Part shown: positions 1 through 11,750 of the stretch, in pieces | How positions within the stretch are numbered: position 1 is the first letter of the stretch | How the letters are laid out: every line of letters starts with the position of its first letter | Translations under genes and position numbers: made by a program | Assembly: GCF_022045235.1 (NCBI RefSeq) | Contig: NW_027266343.1 | Coordinates: forward strand, 186,001-250,000 | Source: Haliotis cracherodii | Taxonomy: Eukaryota | Direction of reading: 5' to 3' | Length of the DNA: 64,000 nucleotides | Notes under the pieces: model-generated | Database searches by the model: none | Told to the model about the DNA's origin: nothing | What the model saw: the letters and a program-made list of their open reading frames with translations, nothing else

Positions 1-943
1 TTTCGGTTTACCCTCGTATGACTGGTTTACTTTGGTGAATATTTACTGTTACTTCAAGCAGGGTGCGAGTGGAACAAAACTAACGGAATACGGTATTTGT
101 TTCAGCAGCTTATTACGCCAATCGATACTGTAGCTGGGTATCGATGCCAGCTATTGATACTCCACTTGACATTGTGTAGCCATCTCGCCATGGGCGATTG
201 CGATGTATATTTTTTTCGATCGACGTTACACCTCAACAATGCTGAGTATTCTACATTGAAAATGTCATGGAAATTCAGTTGTCTTTATTTGTGCCAGTGT
301 CTTTCCCGCGTAAAAACATCGCCTGGACGGGCGACGGACAACCATTGATGGCCCATGTCAAGTGTCGCCTGGTTGAACGTTTCGTGGGGATAATGGTTCC
401 TTGCAAAAATGGCCCCACATTTTAGTGAACATAGCCCCTAAGTTTGGAGTAAAGGTCCAATTTATAAATTGTTATTTGTTTAGGGGTGTTCAATTACAAT
501 AAGTGAGGCAGTAGTAACCACTGTAAGGGAGGCCTGAGACAATGACATATACAACCGAAAGGGAAAATGTCTTTGAGATGGAGAACTTGTGACCACGTGA
601 CACAAAGATCAGTGAAGAGCAGTTTCTTACTAAAAAATAAATGGATTTTGTTTTTTTTGTGTCTAGGGTCATTATCTGTAAAGGTTTTTTTGTAAGGTGT
701 CATTTTCTCTATAACCCCTTGACGTCTCTTGTTGAGTGAGTGAATACAATGCTGTTTAAACGCTGCTATCAGGACATGGCCAGCATATACCAAGGCATTT
801 AAATATTTGCGTGTTGACCAGACACTGAACATATTCCCTCCAGGGGTTCGGTGACTAGCAATCATCCATGTTTTAAGCCATTTGATTTTCGGATCTCTGA
901 GGAACAAGCGCTACTATGGATCTCTACTTCTGAATCTACAGGG

Positions 944-1040
944 TGACAGGGTTAACGTCGCGTTCCAGATTTTTGCACTTATACGTGCGTGCGTGTTTGT
1001 AAGAGACTGCTTGTACGTGTGTTCGCGTGTGTGTGTGCGC

Positions 1041-1091
<51 letters not shown>

Positions 1092-1345
1092 CTTGTACTA
1101 GACTGAACTAATGCCGATGTTATAGTGCTCGCTGAGATACCATGCCGTTGTTTAACATGAATACCCCACTCAGTATACTGATTCCGAGCCGACCAGTCCT
1201 TGGTTCAGCCCATTATGGCCGAGCGCCAGGTAGGGTAACAACAAGTGCCATCTTTTAACGTCTTTTTAGTATGACACGGTCGGGGACCGAACTCCGACCT
1301 TCCGCTCTCCGGACAGACACTCTACCACTTGACCACGGAGGCGGT
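944..1345 (-). mobile_element. tRNA-derived SINE (V-SINE-like body) with internal (CA)/(CT) microsatellite
   Basis: Minus strand reads ACCGCCTCCGTGGTCAAGTGGTAGAG (A box)...GGAGTTCGGTCCCCG (B box) then GTCATACTAAAAAGACGTTAAAAGATGG. Flanked by ATCT(A/C)CAGGG at 934-943 and 1349-1358. Same family at 15890-16299 and 60003-60384. Confidence 0.85.
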
Positions 1346-1837
1346 GGGATCTCCAGGGCATCACCTGGCTGACAGCGTATCATGATCACTGACTGGACAG
1401 GCTTACACCACTGTCAATCGCTTGTCCTCATCCATGTCCAATCACGTTTTTCACAAATGTCCTTTTTTAGTATATCGCCGATCCATCCGCGATGTTTATT
1501 GAATACCTTGATGCAATGACTACATTTATTGTGATGTACGTCATAGAAGAACTGTACGTTCTGAATCACTGTGTCTGTATTGGTCACAATACACAAGTTG
1601 CAGTCATAAAACACATACCTTCTACATGTATTGGGAATGATGTGTTTCAATGTAGATTCTTGGCCTGTATCAGGATCACTCTTAAAGTTTGACGACTCAA
1701 GGAATTCCGGCACAGCTTAAGGTGTGAATTTTTATTCTTCTGTAATCTGTATTATTTTAGAAAATATATCTAGATAATAAAAAATCTGCGAGTTTCTTTG
1801 TACAGCAGCGGCGCGAAATATGCGTATGGAGGAATGG

Positions 1838-2102
1838 TTGGTTGGTTGGTTGTTTAACGCCGCACTCAGCAATATTCCAGCTATATGACGGCTGTCTGTA
1901 AAATAAACGAGTCTGACCAGACAATCCAGTGATTGACATCATGAGCATCGATCCACGCAATTGGGATCGATGACATGTATCAACCAAGTCAGCGTGCCTG
2001 ACCACCCGATCCCGTTAGTCGCCTTTTACGACAAGCATAGTCGCCTTTTACGGCAAATATGGGTTGCTGAAGACCTCTTCTATCCCGGAATCTTCACGGG
2101 TC
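1838..2102 (-). mobile_element. Short retroposon (no tRNA head, RTE-like 5' hairpin motif), (AACC)n tail, 13-bp TSD
   Basis: TATGGAGGAATGG is duplicated at 1825-1837 and 2103-2115. The site is empty in unit B (~16774-16790). Further copies lie at 61709-61970 (+) and ~59066-59263 (-). Confidence 0.9.
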
Positions 2103-3086
2103 TATGGAGGAATGGGGATATGTGGGTCTTAATGGGAAAACAAACTCGTAATCAATGTAGGGACATAATTTATGTTTGAATAAAGATATCTTAAAAGATA
2201 TATTTGCATGACTGTGATAACTTGCATGACATTTTAATTTATCTAATTTATTTCGATTCCTTTCAAAATGAAAAACAACAGAACGTCTTTTTTTCATTTT
2301 TCGAATGTTGGCTTGAAAGACATGCATGTAGCGATAATTTCGATATTTAAAGACATTTCCGTTTAGGGATTGAACTTCAGAGCTCATGCTATGATTGGCT
2401 GAAACACCTCTTCATTGATGAGACAGGCGGAGTTATGTCCCTTGTTTGAATAAGCAAAATGGCGCCGCCACTATAGTAACGCTACAGCGGCGGCGGCGGC
2501 GGATATTTTCCTCGCCGAAAACTGGCTATTATCCATGGCTACAGAGTTCTTTTAAAGGTGTAAATGTCGACTGTGTGTTTACGTTGGAGATAACCTATTC
2601 CTGATGTCAAAAAAACTTCCTTGACGCCCAACCATGACTTAGAAGCTTAGACCTGTCTGACTGCAAGACATTTTAGCAAAATTCATTCATCATAATAAAT
2701 TTTGCTGCAAGGCATGCGACCTGACGAATGGGTGGCAGTTCTAAAATGAACATACAATAATGATGTTATTCAAAACCTAAAGAAAACTCTGCTTCACATT
2801 TTACATAATGCATAAAATGCCTTCTTGTATTACCAAGATGTGTGTAATTCATCTATGAGTACCCATCCTGCGATACATACAAGTAAGTTACGGAAAGAGG
2901 CGAGTGGTGACGGATCAAGTCGAGTCGCGTATTACGGAAAGAAACGAGAGGTTACGAATGAACTTGACAGTTATTTTATTAATTGGACTCACCCAACCTT
3001 ATACCCCATCTTATGAGGAAAGCGGACTCGCCCTTAGTTACCCACATACCGTTGCTAATCGCTTCCTCGAACGTCCGCACATCCTC

Positions 3087-3092
3087 TATAAA
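3087..3092 (+). promoter_or_regulatory. Candidate TATA box of gene copy A
   Basis: TATAAA ~130 nt upstream of the ATG (3216), with a pyrimidine-rich Inr-like TTCACT near 3122-3127. Conserved in unit B (17875-17880). Confidence 0.5.
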
Positions 3093-3215
3093 TTACGTAA
3101 CAGACGCACAACGGCTTCTTCTTCACTGTATCTCGTCAGAGAAACATCGAATAATCTCTCGAAAAATCCTACGCTGTGACCACATATTCCTGAGCTGTCT
3201 GCTGAATTCTTCCTG

Positions 3216-6200
3216 ATGTCTCGGAGACTTGTCTCAGGTAAGTTTTTTAAAGTTTTTTTTATCATCCTTTAGATCTACATTAACATATTCAATTATTCTT
3301 ATTTTCACCAGATAGAGTCTAATCTAATCACGCTAGATCTACCTGCTGGATACATATTAAACATGTTAAATACGATTTGGATGTTGGAACCAGAATCGAA
3401 CGAATGTATTTCCGTTAATCTTTGTTTTGATGACAATCGATGGAAGGAAATTGTAGACATGGTAGAGAAGTTGATTGTTCCACCACTCTTTTTTTAGCGA
3501 GTCCCGTGAGAGAGGTATTCGCTGTCCTTCTTAATATTGGATAACTGGACTGTGGTTACCCCTTATTTTACATCGGTTGGTTAACTTTCGAACAATTTAA
3601 AGGTTACCGTTAGGCCTATAATAATTTCGAGGTGCTGGTGCGTTCCAGCGAACAAATGTTAGACTAAGTTATGTCGTGTTCATTCACCACCTATTTATTA
3701 GGTCGGACGGGGAAAAACGTCATCCTTTTCCATATTTTATAAGTGAGGGTAGATTTAAGTTTTATACTTTTTGCCTATCTTGTTTGTACGATGACGGAAT
3801 GTTCAGTGGATGAACGTGTCTCATCAAGTCAAATGTACCGCATATATAAACTTATAATGAAAACCAAAGCCTGTTAGGCCTAGAAATTCCGCACGGAGAA
3901 CCTTCCAAATTAAGTATTCCTTGAGATAAAACGTAGAATTTTCTTTTAATTTGTATAAAGTTATTGTTACCCAATAACTTGTTGTAAATAATCTAAATGG
4001 TTAATAACGAGCCGTACTTTTAGTTTAAAGTCAACACTTGAATGATGCATCTTCTAGGTATGAGATATTTGAGATTTTGCGGTTGAAACTAAAGGAACCA
4101 ACTACCAATACACTGTTTGTGAATTTATCTCAATTTAGTCTGTTTATTTAACTTTGCTAATACATTGAGTATTTTGATCCATATTCTGATCGACAAATGA
4201 GGTGAATATAAAAACTAAGCAATATGTAGATATACTGACACAGTACATGCAGTACTGAACAGAATGTTGAGTATATTACGAACGGGGGATAATTACGAAA
4301 TTCGTTTTACCTACATCATAAATATTGTTCGTAGAACTCAGTGAGTCTTCTTCCCGTTATTTTTTACTGTTATTATTTCCAGCAACGTACACTTGTTTGT
4401 TTGATGCTACTAATAATGTATTTTGTATCTACTATGATAATTAAAGATTTAACAAAAGCTTTTATATTTCGCCATGAATATATATGTATAGTTGTCTTCT
4501 GAAAACTATATTTGATAGGTTCTGATTAATGTTTAATTTCATATTAAAATGAATTTAATGAAGTCACTAAGTCCGCATTGATCAACTGTTGACTGTTGGG
4601 GAAACGTGCCATTACTCACGATCTGATGTAGGCTTTATTCATTTGTGTGTTGGCGGTTTATGTATTTTTTGTTTGTTTATGTTTGATATTTCCATAGCAC
4701 CTTTATTTTTTTCATAAGATACATAGATCTATGATTAACAAATTAATCATTATTTCCTTGTGTGTTAATTTGACAGGATCGGTGATAAGTTTTACACGTT
4801 TTGCACATTTTGCATTTCTTCCAAAAACACTGGTTCATTAGTTAGGCCCTAATCCATTACTGAAGTTTACCTCCTTTAAGTATAGTTACACTGAACTTCT
4901 CTCTCATAAACTGCAACAAGGTGTATCCATAACCTGTAAGATATTGTGTGAAAATCATATTCCTTGGGAAAGTGACTAGTGAGTGAGTATGGTTCTATGC
5001 CCCGTTTAGCAATATTCCAGCAATAAGTGATGACGAAATGCATTATCTGCATGAAAAAAAGCACAGCTGGAACATGCATACCTGATATGAGGATTGGATT
5101 ATAAGTGTGATAAAATCATTATTCTTTTCCATGAAGCAAACGTCAGCCATATTGGAAAGTCGTTTGACAACGACTGCAGTCACTGAGTCAGCATCTACCA
5201 ATTTCAATCTAGTCTAAATATTAAAATAAGATTATATTTATATTATTTTCATTGCCCTCATCCCCTTCCACACTCTCCACTTGATAACTGATTTTCTACA
5301 TCTTCCCATACCTACTAACAATCCCTTCCCTCCTTCCCCAGGAACGCGTCCCTCTGGGACACCCAGATCTTACCACCACCTCCCTCCCCATGTTCAATCC
5401 TCTAACAAGCGTCAGCCTAGAGGAGGCGTCTCCCCCCTCAACCGCCCTATCCCCACGCCCCATCGTAAAATCTCCCTGAACTGCCAGAGAGATCCGCCCC
5501 AGAAACACAAGCCTAAGGCTGTGAAGGTACTGAAATTATTCTTGAAAATGATGACCCAGTATATGGCATCAGTGAAATCAGTTTTAGAGAGAAAAGATGG
5601 AATCTATCAAACTGCTGGGCTTTATCATTTGAAAACGTAATCAATCATCAGTAAAATCTATCTAAACACTCACAGTAGCGGTTCTATACCACAAGGATCC
5701 CGTTTCTTCTTGTAGTTCCGTCACGAAGATAGGGCTTAAAAAAATCCACTTGTGACCTTTATCCTTTTGACTAGAACACTGTAAATCAACTGAGCAAAAG
5801 GCCAAACTGCATTGTGTAAATAATTAAATTTAACTTTTGATATTGTCATGACCTAGAAGTGTCCCTCTGTCAAGAAATCTGCTGCCCGACCTCACCCCTT
5901 GGACTACAGCAAACCCAGCTTTAAACGTCCACAGGTAGGACCTCAGTCATGGGTGCTGTGACCTCAAAATATCGTTCCCCACAGTGTAAGATCTCCATAA
6001 ATGACACCGTGGTCTCAAAAATTAACATCAACAATAACTAATAATATTATTTTCAATATAAGTCATTGCAAAACCTTATCCTGTTGGAGGCAGTTGGCGT
6101 TTTTCTTACTTCAAGGTTTTTCTTACTTCAAGGTTATTACTGTCATTGGGTTTATTGGGGTCAATGGAATTTTGTGTTTTTCTTTCACTGTATTTTCTCA

Positions 6201-7501
6201 CAATTTTTTTAACATATTTTAGGAAAGGGGTCTCCAGGTTTGGTATGATGAAGACAAGGTTAGTACTTTCATTAATGCAAGGAATTAGCTATGGCTTTAT
6301 GAGAAGTCTTTACTTCAGTATTTCTGTATTGTAATATGAAGCCCCTCTAACTTCACAATAGCTTTGGGTAAATTGCAATTCCCCATCTACATGTTGCCCC
6401 TTATGGTTTTAATACAATACAACAGACTCGTCATGGGTTGGATACATATGCTCAGCTCTGCCCTCATCACCAGATGTTCTGCCCATTCTAGGATGACAAG
6501 GACTCACCACGCCTGCATCCCTCGAGCAGGAAGAGCCGTCCCACGGAGCACCAGGCTGAGGACAGTCTGGTTCCGGAAGATGATCACTCTCCTCGTCTGC
6601 CTCCACCCTCAAGGAGGAGCCGCCACACCAAGATGAAGACAGACCACCGCATCGAGAACCAGCTGGTTCCAGTCTTTGCCCGGATGAGTCTGGAGGATGT
6701 CTCCAGGTCTGATGCTCCTGCTTCTGCTTCTGCTTCTGCTGCTGCTGCTGTTGATGTTGCTGCTGATGTTGCTTCAGAAAATCAGGAGGCTTCTTCACAG
6801 AAAGTCAGTAGTTGTTTGATTTATATTTGAGTCTCACTTGTGTGTGTCCAAATGGAAATGTCTTACATCTAATCATCACATTAATGAATGTAATGGTACT
6901 CAAGATTTAGCAATGTGGGATATGAGCACTGAAGCTTATCTGTTATTATCGACAACAACCCGGGAATATTAATAGGATCTCTAGTGACCATCATTTACAG
7001 CAAGTTTATTGAGAGGCCAAAATTATAGAGGTGTGTGTTTGACTGCTGTCCTGTTACGATTTTTTCTGTTATATTTATTATTGCTGAATATTGAGGAGAC
7101 TGATTTGAGAGCCTGCTGTTCTGCCATGATACAAGCTATGTTGTCTGTTGTAGGCCCAGGAGTGTTCTCGCAAGAGGAAGCTCGGTGATCTGAAGCAGGA
7201 GTTGAGCAACAAGCAGCGCAAGGTGGAAGCCTCCTGTCAGGAACTCCAGGCCATCATTGACAGGAAGCTGAAGGAGCTGAGACAGGAGATGGTGGAGCTG
7301 AAGCAGGAGGTGAAGGAGAGGGAGAGGAAGGAGCGGGCAGCCTTCCAGGTTACCATGGATACACAGAGTGGCCGACGCAAGGTGTGGAGGAGAAAGCAAG
7401 GCAACTCCTCTGCACAGAAGACGTCCACCGAGCCACGCCCACTAAAGAGACTGCCTGACAACTCCCATCATTCAGGGAGCGCCGAGGCAGCCTCGCAGTG
7501 A
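3216..7501 (+). CDS. Spliced gene copy A: uncharacterised 300-aa coiled-coil/low-complexity protein, putatively nuclear. Coding exons 3216-3237, 5342-5526, 6223-6258, 6492-6803, 7154-7501
   Basis: All introns are GT-AG with compatible phases (1,0,0,0), giving a 903-nt stop-free frame: MSRRLVSGTRPSGTPRSYHHLPP...ERGLQVWYDEDK-DDKDSPRLHPSSRK...AQECSRKRKLGDLKQELSNKQRKVEASCQELQAIIDRKLKELRQEMVELKQEVKERERKE...AASQ*. Perfect TACTAAC branch point at 5313-5319. Structure is fully conserved in the paralog. Confidence 0.85.
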
Positions 7502-7669
7502 CACTTCAGTGGTAAGTTGGAGTGTGCATGTTAATTAGTTTATAGTAAGATACGTAGATAGGTAGGTCTCTGTATGTAGGTAGTTGGGAGGATGGTTCCA
7601 AAGGTTTGATACAATTGACTATGTATGCAGGGTAAGTGACTGGATCAGTGGTGTATGTAGATTGGTCTA

Positions 7670-8850
7670 AATGGGTGGATGGGGTGGTTTTATGTAGGTG
7701 AGTTAAGTTGGTGGAGTGGTGATTTTATGTGGTTTGGGTAAGTGCGTGGAGTGGTGGTTTTATGTGGTTTGGGTAAGTGGGTGAAGTGGTGGTTTTATGT
7801 GGTTTGGGTAAGTGGGTGGAGTGGTGGTTTTATGTAGGTGGGTGGATGAGTGGGCCAAGTGCATGGAGTTGTGGTTTTATGGTGGTGGGTGGATGGATGG
7901 ATTAATGTGATTTGGGTAAGTGGGTGGAGTGGTGGTTTTATGTAGGTGGGTGGATGGGTGGTTTTATGTAGGTGGGTGGAGTAGTGGTTTTATGTAGGTG
8001 GGCCAAGTGGGTGGAGTGGTGGTTTTATGTAGGTGGGTGGATGGGTGGTTTTATATGGTTTGGGTAAGTGGGTGGAGTGGTGGTTTTATGTAGATGGGTG
8101 GATGGGTGGATTAATGTGGTTTGGGTAAGTGGGTGGAGTGGTGGTTTTATGTAGGTGGGCCAAGTGGGTGGATGGTTGGTTTTATGTGGTTTGGGTAAGT
8201 GGATGGAGTGGTGGTTTTATGTAGATGGGTGGATTAATGTGGTTTGGGTAAGTGGGTGGAGTAGTGGTTTTATGTAGGTGAGGGGATGAGTGGTTTTATG
8301 TGGTTTGGGTAAGTGGGTGGAGTGGTGGTTTTATGTAGATGGGTGGATGGGTGGATTAATGTGGTTTGGGTAAGTGGGTGGAGTGGTGGTTTTATGTAGG
8401 TGGGTGGATGAGTGGGTTTAGGTGGGCGAAGTGGATGGAGTAGTGGTTTTATGTAGGTGGGTTAAGTAGGATGAGTGGTGGTTTTATGTAGGTGGGTTAA
8501 GTGGGTGGAGTGGTGGTTTTATGTAGATGGGTTAAGTGGGTGGAGTGGTGGTTTTATGTAGGTGGGTTGAGTAGTGGTTTTCTGTAGGTGGGTTACGTAG
8601 GTGGAGTGTTTGTTTTATGTAGGTGGGTTAAGTGGGTGGAGTGATGGTTTTATGTAGGTGGGTTAAGGGGTTGGAGTGGTGGTTTTATGTAGGTGGGTAA
8701 GTGGTTGGAGTGGTGGTTTTATGTAGGTTGGTCAAGTAGGTGGAGTGGTGGCTTTATGTAGGTGGGTTAAGTGGGTGGAGTGGTGGTTTTATGTAGGTGA
8801 GTTTAGTCGGTGGATGGGTGGTTTTATGTAGGTGGGTTGAATGGACGGAT
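7670..8850 (+). repeat. G-rich ~35-bp minisatellite in the predicted 3'UTR intron (copy A)
   Basis: Degenerate tandem GTGGGTGGAGTGGTGGTTTTATGTAGGTGGGTTAA. It lies after the donor G|GTAAGT at 7511/7512. Confidence 0.9.
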
Positions 8851-9616
8851 GGGTGCCATTTATTAGGTAGGTACTTTCTAGCAGTAGGACAGTTAGGGGT
8901 GTTACTCGATATAGGTAATTAGCCTATGCAAATTGATTTAGAAAGAAGAATATTGGAATGTGTGAGTGGCTTCTGAACATGCTTTCATATTGTGACAGTT
9001 GCATGTATTACTGTGTATCTCTTGCCTGCTGTCTGACCTTAATGGTACCTTAATGGTACAGTGACTACATTTAGCATTGATATTTAGGAAGTCAAAACAA
9101 AGTATTCAGATTCGTTGGAGTAGTTGATGGTTGACATATATGACAATGCTTAGATTGGTTTCCCCATGCTATAGACAGGTTGTGTTGGTTGATTCTAGAC
9201 ATATGAGAAGGTTAGTGGGTGGTTATCATTTAGGTGATTTGGTAAGATTGGATTGGATTGGAAGTTGGAAAAATGAAATATGAGTTTTGTTGTCAGTGTA
9301 AAAACTAGATGGATTCATGATTCTATATAGTTAGATTAAGGTGGTTGATGATTAAGACAAGTAAGTGAATGGAATAATTATTCAGTTGGCATTAGCAGTT
9401 GGGTTAGCAGTGCTATGTTTAGTAGTTGGGTGAATGGATCTATTTAGTGGGTTAAGCTGCGGAATGGTGTCTGTGCAGGTAACTTTCAATCGTAAGAGTT
9501 TGGATGAGCGGCTCAAGTTAGGTTGGTTTAGTGGATGGTTGTGTAGGTTTGTTGGTTCGATGGACTGATGATTGTCTCTTCATAAATGTCTTCTCCCTCT
9601 CTCCTGCCTCACTTAG

Positions 9617-9750
9617 GTTTATGAATGTCTCTAAATTGTAACCTTTGCTGTAAATATTAATGTACAATTTGAAGTAGAATGATATAAACAGTAATGTCAT
9701 CTTTTAGGATCTGAGATCTAAAACAGAATAAACGAGATTTCCTTAAAAAA
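9617..9750 (+). other. Predicted terminal non-coding exon with poly(A) signal (copy A)
   Basis: Polypyrimidine tract plus AG (TCTTCTCCCTCTCTCCTGCCTCACTTAG) ends at 9616, with AATAAA at 9727-9732. The same signals occur in unit B (acceptor ending 23043, AATAAA 23154-23159). Confidence 0.5.
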
Positions 9751-10250
9751 CACTTTTCTGTTCTGTTATGAAATCATCCAGCTCAAAGGGCTGTGATGAA
9801 TATGTGCCAACACAAGTGTAATCGGATCCGTGGTCCTTCGACGTAAATGTTGGTATCATTACTTTCACCCAATATATATATATGTCATTATTCACATATA
9901 TATGGCTCATATAATTTGCAATTGATGAAGTCATCTGATATCCTGTGAGCTGCATCTGAGACATCTTCAGTTTCTGTTAACACAGTCTCCCTCTACCATT
10001 CCTCCGGCTTGATTTATAAAACCTTACGCAGGATGCACATGTATATACCCCTCATGATACCGCGACAACAAGTTTATCTTGCTGACGTGTTTCATTCTGC
10101 CTTTGTAAAAGTATTAAATAAATTGAAAATCTACAGAAAGGAGCTGTTCAAGTGAGCTGAATTATAACTTGTGCTGTGTCACATGACTTTCATTGACTTG
10201 TAAGTTGTAGACAGCTTGCAGTTTTTTTTTTGTAACGGGGTATGAGTGAT

Positions 10251-11440
10251 GTATTCTCCCTCTCAGAAATGCATGTGCAGCCTGCTTTCCTCTTTGCTGG
10301 GTATAAGGAATTAAGTCTCCCTCTCAGATATCCATGTGCAGTCTGTTTTCCTCGTAGCTGGGTATAAGGAATTAAGTCTCCCTCTCAGAAATCCATGTGC
10401 AGTCTGTTTTCCTCGTAGCTGGGTATATGGGATCTATTCTCCCTCTCAGAAATCCATGTGCAGCCTGTTTTCCTCGTAGCTGGGTATAAGGGATTTTTTC
10501 TCCCTCTCAGAATCCATGTGCAGCCTGTTTTCCTTGTAGCTGGGTATATGGGATTTATTCTCCATCTCAGAATCCATGTGCAGCCTGTTTTCCTTGTAGC
10601 TGGGTATATGGGATTTATTCTCCCTCTCAGAATCCATGTGCAGCCTGTTTTCCTTGTAGCTGGGTATATGGGATTTATTCTCCCTCTCTGAAAACCATGT
10701 GCAGCCTGGTTTCCTTGTAGCTGGGTATATGGGATTTATTCTCCCTCTCAGAAATCCAAGTACAGCCTGTTTTCTTTGGGTGAGACATTGTACAAAAATT
10801 AAAACAGATTCAAAATTAATATATAAACAGCTATTTGATTGAGCAGAGGTTAGCTTGTACTATATCACGTGGCTTTCATTGACTCGGAAAAACGTGTTGC
10901 CTTTTGCTTAGAAACTAGGTATAAGGGATTTTTTCTCCCTCTCAGAATCCATGTGCAGCCTGTTTTCCTTGTAGCTGGGTATATGGGATTTATTCTCCAT
11001 CTCAGAATCCATGTGCAGCCTGTTTTCCTTGTAGCTGGGTATATGGGATTTATTCTCCCTCTCAGAATCCATGTGCAGCCTGTTTTCCTTGTAGCTGGGT
11101 ATATGGGATTTATTCTCCCTCTCTGAAAACCATGTGCAGCCTGGTTTCCTTGTAGCTGGGTATATGGGATTTATTCTCCCTCTCAGAAATCCAAGTACAG
11201 CCTGTTTTCTTTGGGTGAGACATTGTACAAAAATTAAAACAGATTCAAAATTAATATATAAACAGCTATTTGATTGAGCAGAGGTTAGCTTGTACTATAT
11301 CACGTGGCTTTCATTGACTCGGAAAAACGTGTTGCCTTTTGCTTAGAAACTAGGTATAAGGGATTTATTCTGAATCTCAGAAAGCCACGTGCACCATGAC
11401 TTCCTCTTTGTGAGGTAAAAAGGCATTTATTCGCCCGCTG
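10251..11440 (+). repeat. ~60-bp minisatellite including a 435-bp tandem duplication (10483-10917 / 10918-11352)
   Basis: Unit TTATTCTCCCTCTCAGAAATCCATGTGCAGCCTGTTTTCCTYGTAGCTGGGTATAWGGGA. GGTATAAGGGA anchors at 10483, 10918 and 11353. Confidence 0.92.
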
Positions 11441-11750
11441 AGAAATTTATTTCCCTCCCAAGGCGGGATACATTGTATATTATCAAGGTCACATGAACCA
11501 ATCAGATCTCGTCATTCTGACATGGATGCAAGATAAAACTCAACGAACCTTTGCATTAGTTTTCTTTTGAAGGTGTTTTTCTACTGGCTTACATATTTAA
11601 AAAACATATTCCTACCAATAGGGGTAGCTATTAGTCTGGCTGAATTTCAACAGACTGAAGCCACTTTAGTTTCACAATTCACAAATATGCATGACACTTA
11701 TTGAACATGTAACCAGTATCTAATATTTTACCTCCCATGCTGAATATTTC

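Noticed and set aside
2159-2560. Inverted AGGGACATAA/TTATGTCCCT, YY1-like AAAATGGCG and TTAAAGG as a transposon end or second promoter
   Set aside because: No matching partner terminus or TSD could be identified, so the evidence is too weak to call.
6474-6491. Alternative acceptor CACCAG|ATG for exon 4
   Set aside because: It introduces an in-frame TAG after five codons in both copies, whereas the AG ending at 6491 keeps the frame open.
6409-6798. Minus-strand polyQ ORFs (6409-6798, 20060-20434)
   Set aside because: They are antisense shadows of the GCT/Ala tract in plus-strand exon 4, which has proper splice sites.
10251-11440. 60-, 62-, 51- and 170-bp arrays as CRISPR arrays
   Set aside because: They are head-to-tail tandem repeats without unique spacers, there are no cas genes, and the context is eukaryotic.
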